From assembly GCF_006345805.1 (NCBI RefSeq), contig NC_043021.1, forward strand, positions 17,174,001 through 17,238,000: DNA of 64,000 nt, written 5' to 3'. Source of the stretch: Octopus sinensis. Its lineage: Eukaryota. The notes under the pieces are model-generated. The model did not search any database and was not told the DNA's origin. It saw only the letters and a list, made by a program, of their open reading frames with translations. The translations under genes and the position numbers were made by a program. Below, in pieces: positions 37,701 to 50,747 of the stretch. Position 1 is the stretch's first letter. Every line of letters begins with the position of its first letter.

Positions 37701-38812
37701 GAGATGTTTGTATTGTAGAACTCTGGGTGGTCTCAGGAATGGTTGGCATCAAAAGGGTTAATCTTTTTGGTATCATCTTTCTATAGAAATTACATTCCCT
37801 TTGTTTCAATTAATTTTGAAAATGAAGAATTGAATAAAATTTAACTAACTTGGCCATTATTAATCTGGTGTTTGGAACGTAAATTAGCATAAAATTTTGA
37901 CTGAAGGTTTTAATTTACCTCACTTGAAAACAGGAAACTTGTGTACCATCAAAGCAGGAACGGTTTCAGGCAGGTTGGCATCAAATGGGTTCACACTTTT
38001 TGTTAACCATATTTCTGTTGAAATACATTGCCTCTCATCATCATCATCATCATCACTATTTAACATGTTTTCCATGCTGGCATGGGTTGGACAGTTTGAC
38101 CAGAGCTATTAAGGCCAGAGGCTGCCCTAGGGCCCATTGTCTGTTCTAGCATGGTTCCTATGATTAAATGCCCTTCCGAATGCCAACCACTCCAGAGAGT
38201 GCTTTCAACATGGCACCAGCACTGATATCAATTCTTGAGTACAGCAATGTGCTAGATATTTCAGTCCTTAATCATCTCCCTCGTAAATCTCATATCTTAA
38301 TTAACTTTGACAACGAAGAAGAAGTTTATAAAATCATTATTAAGCTGGTGTTTGAAATGTAATTAACCTGAAATTTTTACAAATGGTTTTGCTTTAGCTC
38401 ATTTAAAAACAGGAGGCTTGTATATCATAAAACCAGGGGTGGTTGGTCCTAAGCAGGTTGGTATCAAGAGTTAAAGACTAAAAACTGGATTCAACTGCTG
38501 TGGTGGTTTTCCACAAACTTAATCTAACAAATATGAAATGAATTCTTGTTAATAAAATTATGACCATTCTGATTGTTAATTAGCTTAATCTTTAAAAGTA
38601 TGTATAATTATGCTGTTTCAATTAGATTTGTCTCCAATCATCATCAGATATCTTATTCTTGGATATGTTTTAAAAAAGTGAATGAAAGTCCTTCATTATT
38701 TAAAAATCACTACAATTGTTTCAACACATTTTTACACCTTTATTGCATTGATGAGGTGTTATGTAATTATCATACACCCAAAGTGTACAATGCACTTCCT
38801 CAGATGATTGTT

Positions 38813-39030
38813 TAACCCTTTAGCATTTAAGCTGGCCATTTCTAGCCCAAATATTCTGCCTCTTTTATGTTGAAACTGACCAGATGCAGCCTCTTACACC
38901 TACCCTACAATGTCGTTCTAAAAATAAACAATCACATCTTCAAAATCTTGATGCTATAAAGTAGTACCCGATTAATTTTAAAAAGTGTGGATAAATAAGC
39001 ATTACTTTGATATATTAATCTAAATGCTAA
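38813..39030. mobile_element. TTAA-type (piggyBac-like) MITE family
   Basis: Begins TTAACCCTTTAGCATT; related fragments ~32160-32340, 35495-35705, 44480-44625; a second TTAACCCTTT-terminated family at ~37620-37990 and 54580-54810. Superfamily inferred only from termini. Confidence 0.45.
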
Positions 39031-39049
39031 AATAAAGACCCCTTCGGTC

Positions 39050-39365
39050 ATAAATGATCATGGGATTGCACCTAGAAAGTTCCCCTTCAAGGCATAAGTC
39101 TGGGCAGAATTGTTTATAGAAGACTAGCGGTCACCCATGCATACCAGCCTACCCTCTCCCCACCATTGATGTTATCCAAGGGAAAGGCAAAGGGGCCAAT
39201 ACAGCTTTGCATCAGTGATGTCACAACTCATTTCTAGAGCTGAGTGAACAGGAGCAATGTGGAATAAAGTGGCTTGCTCAAGATCAACACAAGGCCTGGT
39301 CTAGGAATCGAACTCTCTACCTCATGATTGTGAGCCTGGTGCTCTAGCCACTGAGCCATGTACCT
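39050..39365 (-). mobile_element. SINE family 4 (older tRNA-derived, CORE-like)
   Basis: Minus begins CATGGCTCAGTGGCTAGAGCACC..GAGTTCGATTCCTAGACC..CTTGAGCAAG; related ~36350-36560, 36815-37050, 40590-40700. Confidence 0.7.
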
Positions 39366-39545
39366 TCATAGTTCTACACTCTAACCACTATATATTGAAG
39401 GGTTAAGCCCTTGGTTTGATCCTACCATCATTTCACCCAGTTTGAGAACAAATACCCAAAGTGTTGTCATTGTCAGCAATCTACACAGATACAGTGACAG
39501 ACAAAATAAAGAAATGGACAAATATATATATATATATATATATAT

Positions 39546-39571
39546 AATGTGACCACGTGTGTACTGTTGGC

Positions 39572-39603
<32 letters not shown>

Positions 39604-39780
39604 CCTCCGTCTTCCCTTCTCTGGATCTTTCCTTTTCCTATGTTTCTGACGAAGAGCTCCACTCAAAACGTTAAACCCTCCTTCTTCCCTTCCTTCCTGA
39701 GCGTCCAATAATACTATATTTGTTCCACGTCCTCGCGTTGTTGTGTTTTCTCTTTGTGTTTTCATGTTTGGATTAACTTT
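39546..39780 (+). mobile_element. Family A element, (TA)n on both sides
   Basis: Motif 39642-39676 GTTT CTGACGA A GAGC-TCC-ACTC AAAAC GTT AAAC (canonical first core half, GAAA mutated). Confidence 0.75.
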
Positions 39781-40967
39781 ATATATATATATATATACTT
39801 GGTTGTGTATATCAGTATGGTGAATATCCAGAAAAGGAAGAAACACTATAAAATGTTTATGTAATATTGTATTATTTGTTTACAAAATAAATATAAGATA
39901 AAGATTGTTAACTTTTATTATATTCATTATTGTTTCTGGTATAAATTAATATTACTAAGAACTATTACCGGTCTCTGGCACATTGGGTGGGGAACTGCCA
40001 GTACGCCACTTCAGATAGTTTGAGAAGCACTTTTGTGTATATGATGCCAGGTTGAAGTTGATACACTTCCTGTTGTTTAGGAATAAAGGTTCCGCAGTTC
40101 TGTAATCCAGCCATGTTGCCATGACAACCAGCATGGCTAGAGCGGTCCTGACTAAAATCAGTAAAAGCAAAAATATTGATGTGTGACAGTTGTCAGGAAA
40201 CCTGATGCTTTGTTCCCATAATTAGTCACGGCTCGTTATAGGACAAGTTGTGACAATCACCTGACACCTGTTGGAGTCATTGAGGTTAGGTTCAACTGTC
40301 TGGGGCAATTTCAATGAGGATACAATGGTTGTATTTACCTGTCTACAATTTCAATGTGGTACATTGATTGGGTCGACCTACCTGAGACGGTTTCAGTAGG
40401 GTACACTGGTTATAGAGTTTTGGTGAGTGATGACTCCTTGGGAACCTTAGAGTTTTTATAACAATATGATGGTGACGATGTTGCTGATGCTGTTGGTGCC
40501 ATCCCATATCCACTCTGATTAAGTTGATCTCTAATCAAAGATAATCCAGTTCTGATAATCAAGTAAATTTCTTTGTAGTTGATGTCAGTACAACTGTGAA
40601 CTGGAAGCAACGTGAAATAAAGTATCTTGCTCAAGAACACAACACACAGCCCAGTCTGAGAATCGAACTCACAACCTCATGATCATGAGCCTGAGACTTT
40701 AACTACCTTCACACATGCACAAATGGGAGTTTAAAATTGTGAATTTAAACCCCATTTGTGTTCTTTTTTTTGTATGTATGCCTCACCTAGAACTAGCCCT
40801 ACTCTTTAAATTGGTACTCCCGTATTTACAGTGTCTTACCAACACCTGATACCTTCATAGTTGTTTTATCCTCACTGTGAACTCTGTTATTGTACCTAGC
40901 CATTTCTGGCATCCTACCTGTTGAAGTGCCTAGATTCTATTGAACCCTGTAACTAATCTCTTTCTCT

Positions 40968-41007
<40 letters not shown>

Positions 41008-42493
41008 CATCATCGTTTAACGTTCACTTTCCATGCTAGCATGATATATATATCATGCTAGCATGATATATCGATATCCACTACACACATTTTTTTCTCT
41101 CCTTGTTTCTCACCTTGTTTTTTCTGTGTCCCTTTCTGTAGAAGAGCGTAGGCTCGAAACGTAAAAGACTTCTTCTATTCCTGAGCATTATACTAATACA
41201 TCTGTTTGTTTTGTACACCACCTGTCTTCGTCTTTTGTTTTTTTCGTAAACTCTCCCTATATATATATATATGTATGTATGTATGTATGTAGTTTATAGA
41301 TTCTATTGGATTTTGGTTATCTTTTTATTCCATATTTTCCCTTTTCAAGGGAATTCCTCTGAGATTGCTAATAAAAAAAAAAAATTAAAACATTCAAACT
41401 ATTTTCAATTCCACCCTTTTTGCTCAGATACTTTCTGTGTGTATGTGTTCCCATATTTTAGGAACCCCTTTCTCATGCATAAATTTACTTCCTGGTAAAC
41501 ATTCCTTCAAGTAATTAAGTGAAACTGAGGCTAATAGATTGATTGTTAGATATAAATTCTAATGTTCTGGTTTCGTATTGAAAAGCTTACATTTTTATTG
41601 CCAGAGGGAGTAAGGGATAATAGAGACAACAGCCAGGGTAAATGGTTGGCTGGTTGGTTGGTCGGTAGGTGAGCAGTGTGTTCCTTTAAAAGCCACTGTC
41701 ATGGTTATTTTATATCATTGTTAATATTTGATATTTCTGAGGTCTTGATGTGTTGCTTTACATCTTGAAAATTGATACCCTCCCTGATGTGGAATGCCTT
41801 TGGTATTTTTGAGATAAGAAACAATGGGAGTTAGTGTGGCTGTGTGGTTAGGGAGCTTGCTTACCAACTATAGTGGTTACAAAGTGGGAATTTGGGGGTC
41901 TTCTATTATAGCACTACTACGTTAAGTGAGTGGCTTTGGTAGACTGAAACTCAAACAAGTTTGTCTTTATATATATATATATACATACATATATATATAA
42001 AGGTGCAGGAGTGGCTTTGTGGTAAGAAGCTTGCTTCCCAACTATATGGTACCGGGTTCAGTTCCACTGTGTGGAACCTTGGGCAGTATTGGTTCAGAAT
42101 AGCATTCTGTGAATCTTACTTAATGTGGATACACTAAAGCCAGAAAACTGCAGTGTGTGTGTGTGTGTGTGGGGGGGGATATCCTTTGATAGTTGCAGTC
42201 AAGTGGCAGTGATCATTTCCAATTTTCTGTGAAAATATATCTAACCATGGGGAAAATAATATCTTGCTTGGAAACGGGTGGCAGTAGAAAAGGTATGTTC
42301 CTGAATGAATTCTATCTAACCTGTCATCATCATCATTTTAATGTCCACTTCCATGCTCTTGTAAGTCAGATGGAATTTGTTGAGACAGAAATAGCATGGC
42401 TGGATGCACTTCCTATGACCAAACTGCCTGTTTCCAAGTGAATATTTCCCACTGGCCAATCACTTTTTTCTAACATGCTAACAGTTTTGCCAG

Positions 42494-43110
42494 TAATAAT
42501 AATAATAATAATTCTTTTATTGGCCACAAGGGCTTACATAAAAACATGAAATGACGTAACGGAATGACATATGGGTTTTAAAACGTGTAAACAAAAATAC
42601 CAATAAAAATTAAACAAATGTAACTCCCAGTAGGGGGAGGCTCTTTAAAGCCATGATTGCCTGACCAACAGGGTAAGAGTCCTTTTATTTTTACAGGTGC
42701 ATGCTCAAAATGGCCCCTTTCACACTGACCATTTTCCCAACAAATTTGCTAGAAGGTAGTACTTCCCTCTCCATCTTCGCTTTCCTTTTCAAGTGAAACT
42801 TAGAAAAGTTTACGAGGGCTTGGCCAAAGAGGAAAGTGTCTGTCTTTAGCCCTTTCAAATGTGTCCACCACACAACCTCTTTTGCTATTACTACCAGACA
42901 AATAAAAATTGCCTGTCCCTTCCAGCCAAAGGAGGGCAGCAAGGCAATCTTCACTATGGATTCAGCTCATAGCTGGATCCATCCTACAATTGACAGCATG
43001 TGTCCAACATAAACCCACAGGTCAGTAATGCTCGGGCACTGGACGAGGGTGTGCAGAATGGTCTTGTCGCTCTGAGTGCACCTTAGGCAGGCTTGGCTAA
43101 CAGCACTTCT
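42494..43110 (-). pseudogene. 3' end of an L1/Tx1-clade non-LTR retrotransposon (ORF2 C-terminus + 3' UTR + (ATT)n tail)
   Basis: One frame from 43089: CLRC-TQSDKTIL-H-TLVQ-C (CX2CX8HX4C zinc knuckle) PSITDLW..; in-frame TGA at 42967-42969; continues as ORF 42691-42954 (AKEVVWWTHLKGL..FHLKRK); ends GCCCTTGTGGCCAATAAAAGAAT(ATT)n. Confidence 0.85.
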
Positions 43111-44626
43111 GTGCCTGGGAAGAAGTTATTTTGTTGTTTAAACCCAGGAGACTACCGGATGATCAAACAACATTCCATCCCTGACCACCTTCCCCTAATA
43201 TTCAATTTATCTATAACCGACTTTATCTACTTTAGACTTTCATTTTCTTTTTCTTCTCATGGTTGTGAGTGATTCATAGATTTCACCATTAATTCTTGGA
43301 GGTCTGGTGATTGTGTAGAGACAGTGACTGACAGAAGAATGGAAGATGTTTGCAATGGGGCAGTGGGTGGGGTGGTATTTGGTAAGGGGGGCGGGGAAGA
43401 CGTTTTTATTGTCTGTCGGCAAGTTCAGAAAGAACAAACTACTTTTAATAGGAAAGTGGTAGACTCGGAGGAAACTAGAGGCTGTTCTGCATTGTGGACC
43501 AAAAGTAATAGAAATGGTAAATTCAATGGTGTGGGGAAGAATTCTGAGAAGTGGCAAGGGTGGAGAGGGAAAGGGAGGGGACAGTTTTTATGGTGGAATA
43601 TTGGTTGTAGAGAGTTGAGGAATGAAAACTTGTTTACAAGTGTTATTCCTTTGTTGTTTGCGTTATTTTATTTGTATGTACATGATGGTGATTCTGTAGC
43701 CAGATGGTAGTTTATAGTATTAATGTGGTTTGTGTAATGCTGAACAAAAGAGAAAAGAAAATCAAAATATGTTAGACAATGTAGTCATAGATATTGCAAA
43801 AACAAACAAAAAAATGTTATGATGGTCATGGCTGGACTACTTTCGATTATAGATTTGCTAAAATCAAGGCTGGCTTTGAGCTATATATCAGTATATATAT
43901 ACCTTACCGACTATATTTTCATTCTCTTCTTGGCTTGCTGTTGTTAGTACCACTTTCAAAGGTATATAATTGATTTTATCAAAACTTTGACAGACGAAGA
44001 GCAAAGCTGACTGCAGTGGGATTTAAACACAATATAAATGGACATGGCTAAATACTGCCAGGTAGTTTGTCTGACAGTTTACCAATTCTGCCAGCATCTT
44101 GTAAAATAAAATATGTAAATATATTCTGATGCAGTTTGCACTGGCTTTGCAGTGCGGTTGCACCAAGTGCACAAAACACAAACTGCTTAAATAAAACGAA
44201 GAGATTAAGTGTAGACGTCACTCGACTGTTGCACTATTTTTGCATAATTTATATTTCAGCTGTGGTGCACACATTATGTCTGGCTGTGTGTGTTGGTTAA
44301 TCCAATGTTAAAATAAGACCTTTGGAACCAACGTGCTCTGGGTTCAATTGCTTGTGGTGCAGTACCTTGAGCAAATGTCTTTTACCTGAAGTATACAGCT
44401 CTGTCTTGACTCCCATCTTGAAAATATGTACAACTGTGAAGTCTGTCATGTAGTCTGTACCTGTTCTTAGGTAGATGGTTTAACCATTTAGCATTTAAAT
44501 TGGACCATATCCAGCTCAAATATCAAACTGGTCAGATCTGGCCTTTCACACATACCCTACACTGTCATTCTAAAAATATACAATCACATCATCAAAATTT
44601 TGAAGCTATTGGATAATGTATGATTA

Positions 44627-44838
44627 CAGTAATCCCCTCATTATCATGGGTGTTACATTCCACCCCCGACCCCCACCGAAATAATTGAAATCTAAAAAAA
44701 AAATACAAATACCTATCGGCTGCAGAAATCCAAGATGTACTGAGGAGTCTGCGATATAAATTTACATACATTAACCAGAAAAATCTGTGATGCACTGAGT
44801 GTGCGATAGGTGAACCATGATATGGTTAGAGATTACTG
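44627..44838. mobile_element. Tigger/pogo-like MITE
   Basis: TA|CAGTAATCCC... and ...GAGATTACTG termini with subterminal ATCATGG/CCATGAT; related fragment ~35280-35345. Confidence 0.55.
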
Positions 44839-47800
44839 GAATTCAAAATGAATAAATAAGTGCATTATTTACTTGTTTGTTGTTAACACAACATTTTGGC
44901 TGATATAACCTCCAGCCTTCATCAGGTGTCTTGGAGAAATTTCGAACCTGGGTTCTCATTCCTAAGGTATTTTTCAATGTTATTAATAGTAGTAATAATA
45001 ATAATAATGGCTTGTGTGTTGGTGACAATTTGTTTATAATCTACATGAAATATCAAGACAAGACCATACACACACACACTACAGGATTTTTTTACTTTCA
45101 AAAGCACCATGTGAGCGTGGCTGATGCCTGTACCACGTGACTGGCCCTCGTGCCGGTGGCACCTAAAAGCACCCTCTACACTCTCGGAGTAGTTGGCGTT
45201 AGGAAGAGCATCCAGCTGTAGAAACTCTGCCAAATCAAGATTGGAGACTGGTGCAGCCATCTTGCTCGCCAGCCCTCGGTGAAACCGTCCAACCCATGCC
45301 AGCATGGAAAGTGGATGTTAAATGATGACAGTGATGATGATGATGATGCTGCACTGAGTATGCAAAATATTTAATCAACATATATAATCCTAGTTCCTAA
45401 TTTTTGTGTTTTTCCAACGCAATTTCTCTGAGGGGAAACATATTTCACACAAGTTACACCCAGATTTTACTTATATTGTTATTGTTTATCTTTTGTTTCA
45501 GTCATTAGACTGTGGCCATGCTGGGGCATTGCCTCGAAGAATTTTAGTCGAATGAATCGATTCCAGTACTTATGTTTTAAGTCTAGTATTTATTTGCCAA
45601 AACGCTAAGTGACGAGGGATGTAAACCAACAAACACGGACACAATAGTCTCTGGTCCCTCCTCCTCACGACTTTCAGTTTCCATCTAGCAAATCCATTTA
45701 TAAAGTCTAGGGTTGACCTGAGGGTATAGTAGAAGATACTTGCTTGAGGTGCCATGCAGCGAGACTGAACCCAGAACCATATGGCTACGAAGCAAACTTC
45801 TTACCACACAGCCATGACTTTTTTTTTTTTAAATAAAAAAAAAAAACAAAAAAAACTGGGAAACAAATTCATTTTTCCATCCTGACTGTTAATCTTGCAT
45901 AATTTACATCCCTGAAATGGTTTTATCTTCTTCTTCTTATTGCTGTTGATGTTGTTGTTGTTGTTAGGGTGGCGGTGTGTATCAGGGACAACAGTGCTAG
46001 ATAAACAGAAAAATGGTTTAATCTCTGCTGCTGCTGCTGTGGCTGCTACTGCTGCTTTTGTTGTAGTGGGTGTATGTCAGACATGGTAGTATGAAAGAGA
46101 AAAGAGACAGAAAATGGCTCTATCTTTTATTGTTGTTGTTGTTAGAGGCGGTAGTGATGGTGGTAGTGGTGGTGTGACAGAGGTGGTAGCAGTGTTAGAG
46201 AAAAATGGCCGAGGTCTTTTAGTTCCAGCCATTTGATGTTTAGCCTCTCGCTCCCTTCAGGATCGATAAAATGTGAAGTACAAATTGAGTCAATAATTAG
46301 TGGAGATGATTAAATCAACCGGAGGGGGTGGGTGGGACACCTCCCCCCACCTCACACCAAAGTAATTTGGGGCATGTGTCTAATGAGAAAAATGTTAGAC
46401 ATCATTTATTACTCATCGTTATTTAATTATTATTAATGATAATACTAATGACAATAATAATAATAATAATATTGATACTAATGATAATAATAGTAGTAAT
46501 AATGATGCCAATAATAATAATGATGATAACGATACTAATGATAATTATTATTAGGGTGGATTAGTTGAATCATTAGCATGTTGGAGCAGAATGCCTGGCT
46601 GTATTTTCTTATGGTTCTTTACGATCTGAGATCAAATCCTGCTGAGGTCGGTCAACATTGCCTTTTATCTCTTCAGGATTGATAAAGTACCAGGTAACTA
46701 CTGAGGTCGATGTAATCAACTATACCTCTCCCTTAAATTTAAAACATGGTACTTATGTGAAACATTATTATCATTATTGAAGTGGTACGCTGACCAAATG
46801 CTTAGTGGTGTTTCATCTGTTGCTAGCTACGTTCTGAGTTCAAATTCCACCAAGGTCAGTTTTGCTTTTCATCCTTTCAGGTTGATTAAATAAGTACCAG
46901 TTGTGCACTGGGGGTTGATGTAATCGACTTCATCCCTTTCCCCAAATTTCAGGCCTTGTGCTTCCAGTAGAAATGATCATCAATGATATTAATATGCTAA
47001 CTTTTTGTTTTTTTATGTACCTGATGTGTGTGTCACACTTACTTCAAAGAAGTGGCAAAGTGAGAGGAGGACAGAGAGAGAGAGTGAAAGAGATAGTGAG
47101 TGGTAACGGCGTTCATTTTGTGTTTTTAAATGCTTATCACATCACAAGAGAAGTAGATACATAAATACATATACACATTGTTAAATCAAAAACAGGAGAA
47201 AAGAGGGACACAAAGGAAGTGAAAGAGAAAGAGAGAAAGTGAGAGAGACAGTAGATACATAAATCCAAAGGAAAGTTCATACATAGATACATAGACACGG
47301 CAAATATTGGATGTCAATTTCACTTTTTATTACCACACGAGGATAAAATTAACTCACAAATGGCTGAGTACTCCACAGACATGCATAACATTAGCGTAGT
47401 TTTCGGGGAGATTCAGTCTCACATAGAATATGACAAGGCTGGCCCCTTTGAATCACAGCTGCAACTCGAGACACATATATATATATATATATATATGAAT
47501 GTGTTTGTGTGTGTGTATAGTTGAGGTTAGTTAAAACATGTTTGCAATAATAAGTGTCATGTGAATTACCAAACATTCATTCATAAATCCATTTATCATT
47601 TCATTCTCGAAGTTGGTCCATTTGCGTCCCTGTAATTTAGCTGTTCAGCAGAAGAGACTGATAGAATAAGCACCAGGCTTACAGGGAATAAGTCCAGGGG
47701 TTAATTTCTTCGACTAAAGGGTGGTGCTCCAGCATGGTCACCGTCAAATGACTGAAACAAGTAAAAGAATAACAGAATACCAGAAGAACGTTCTGTGTCA

Positions 47801-48254
47801 CTAAACCAAGAAGGTTCTTTGAATATGTACGATGTATTTTAAGGTTAAATAGTAATTCCGTTTACGTTTGTGTAACTGAGATATTTTGGTTGGATTATAT
47901 AGTCATTGGTGTTACATCACTTTCTATATTCTGTAACTGTCACAATATACTTTTTTAGGCCTGAAATTTTTGTGGGGAGGGGGGCCAGTTGATTAGATCA
48001 ACCCCAGTACACAACTGGTACTTAGTTTATCGAGACCCAAAGGACGAAAGGCAAAGTTGACTTCAGCAGAATTTGAACTCAAAACGTTAAGACAGATGGT
48101 CATAATATACAAACATTTCTCGTGGCACCAGTACTCTGTTTATAGATGCTTATATTTTTTATTTACTGTGAATTTTTCATGGGTCCAGCTAGTTATTATT
48201 ATTATTATAAGGTGGCTTAATAGAAAGGATAATAATAATAATAATAATAATAAT

Positions 48255-48646
48255 GAGCATGTCCCTTAGTGGCTGACGATATGTGCATCTCTGATCACGA
48301 GCAGAAGTAGTGGGGGAGCATCATAGCCATGTGTTCAGAGGGATTCTTTGGGGTTTGAATAATTCACCTCTGGAAACATGGGTGGTTCTTTCAACATCCT
48401 TAAACAACCTTTATTCAGGGACCATTTGAGCGAGATGGGCTACTCAACCTGAAGAAAATTCTAACTGGGCCCCACCTGCAAGGTCATGTGCTGTTTGTCT
48501 TGGTGTGGGATCACCATGTCGCGCACATATTGTTCTGATGCATGTGCCTGGTGTACCCTTATCAGACGGGTAGTCATGATGGGTATACTGGGCTTCGTAT
48601 ATTTTACCCCAGTTTCACTTTGGTGGCATGCACTGCTCTCTCGCTC
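48255..48646. mobile_element. Unclassified ~390-bp insert flanked on both sides by (TAA)n
   Basis: GC-richer block between (AAT)n tracts at 48229-48254 and 48647-48662; single copy in this window. Confidence 0.45.
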
Positions 48647-50528
48647 AATAATAATAATAATAAGGCGGTGGTGAGCTGGCAGAATTGTTAGCACACTGGG
48701 TGAAATGCTTAGCAACTTGGAACATTTTTGGTCAGAGAACTGCTTGATCAGAATCTGACTTTTGATAAAACAACAATGCAGGCATCTCAGCTTGTTTGAG
48801 AATGTAACCTGCAATTTACTGCCACGCTAGTCTATGGAGATAGATCCCCACCCCCTCACCCCCACCCTTCCCTGGCCACTTAGCACCATGAAGATGGGGT
48901 TAAACTATGAGATTTCTCAAGTGTCGCAGACATTTGACATTTAAAGTCTTCGTTAAAATGTCCTCTCTTCAGTGTCTTAGCTTTGCAGAATTCTTGGCTG
49001 TCAGTATTTCTGAACCATTACTACATTATTATAATGTTAATTACTGACTGGATCGTTAACCTTTCGTCACAAGTTTCTAACGAAATACACATTATCTTAT
49101 TGTTTTTGAATTATGGTTTGGTTGGAATTAATAAAATAAAGTTTTCCATTGTTGACCATTTAGAACTTTTCTTAAAGGAAAGGAGGTTATACGTACAAAA
49201 ATTATAGTTGTTTTAATTAGGGTTTAATTTAAATTGAACCCTTTAAAACAGCCTGGCCTTGTGTTGGGTCATCCCATAAATAATGTGGTTTTTTTCAACT
49301 GCATGAACTAAGTCAGAGGGGAACGGGATAAACTACCTGCATCAACTTGCTTTAAAAGCAGGTAGTAATTTTACCTTGTTCTTACTCTTAGTGCAACTTG
49401 TGAAGAGTGCAGTTTGATTTTAATAGTTATTTTTTCAGAGCTATAATGGAAGTGACAAAGGAGCATATTCGGCATATTTTGCTTTATGAGTTCAATAAAG
49501 GCAACAATGCAACAGGTCGACTTTGCCTTTGATAAATTAAGTACCAGTGATACACTGGAGTCAGTGTAATCGGCTTACTCCCTCCCACCATATTTTAGGC
49601 CTTGTGCCTCCAGTAGAAAAGATTATTATTATTATTATTATGGTGGTGAAATCTTAGTGGTATTTCGTCTGCCATTACGTTCCGAGTTCAAATTCCACTG
49701 AGGTCGACTTTGCCTTTCATCCTTTCGGGGTCGATAAATTAAGTACCAGTTATGCACTGGGCTCGATATAATCGATTTAATCCATTTGTCTGTCCTTGTT
49801 TGTCCTCTCTGTGTTTAGCCCCTTGTGGGTAGTAAAGAAATAGGTATTTCGTCTGCTGCTACATTCTGAGTTCAAATTCTGCCAAGGTCGACTTTGCCTT
49901 TCATCCTTTCAGGGGTCGATAAATAAATACCAGTTGAGTACTGGGGTTGATGTGATTGACTTTCTTCCTCTCCACAAAATCTGGGCCTTGTGCTTACAGT
50001 AGAAAGGATTATTATTATTATTATTGTTATTATTATTATTATTATCATTATTATTATTTTTATTATTATTATTATTATTGTTATTATTATTTTAAACACA
50101 GAAATTAGTGTTAGATCCTGCTTCAGCCTTCCAGGAATTAAAATGTTTTGCTTTTGACTTCTTTTGAAGAATCAGGAAATGGTTTGATGTACGGTCACAG
50201 TTACTAGTTGCTAGGTTTCACTATCTGTGTTTAGTTATAAAACAATCACTTACTGTTAACATACTAACTTCCATGACTAACGACCGAGATTTTTCTATTT
50301 TTGTTTTAGGAGGGTGAGGCTTTCTATATATGGTAGCCATGCTATAGTCACTGGTGTGGCTGTGTGGTAAGGAGCTTGCTTCCTAACTACATGGTCCTGG
50401 GTTCAGTCCCACTGCATGGTGCCTTATGTATTTGTCTTCTGCTATAGCGTTGGTCTGACCAAAGCTTTGTGAGAGGGTTTGGTGAGTGGAAAATGAAAGA
50501 GAACCATTTGTGTGTGTGTGTGTGTGTA

Positions 50529-50747
50529 ATGAGGGAGTGCTGAAAAATTCCTGGCTTTGGGTAACAGAAAATACAGGAGGATAAGTTATGATTTTATCCA
50601 ACATATTCCCCCTCTCAGATTCACACACTTATTGCAGCAGTCCCCCAGTTTTTGTAAGCCCTGTAAAAGAAGTCGGAAGGTTAATCGTCCAACCAGGCCT
50701 TTTGCGATACCCTTAAAGCCAGGAACTTTTCAGCACCCCCTCCTGTA
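50529..50747 (-). mobile_element. Mariner-derived MITE, second copy
   Basis: TIRs GAGGGAGTGCTGAAAAATTCCTGGCTTT / AAAGCCAGGAACTTTTCAGCACCCCCTC; homologous to 6894-7117. Confidence 0.8.

Noticed and set aside
44130-44165. TGCAGTTTGCACTG..CAGTGCGGTTGCA hairpin
   Set aside because: Only ~13 bp with several wobbles; within chance expectation.
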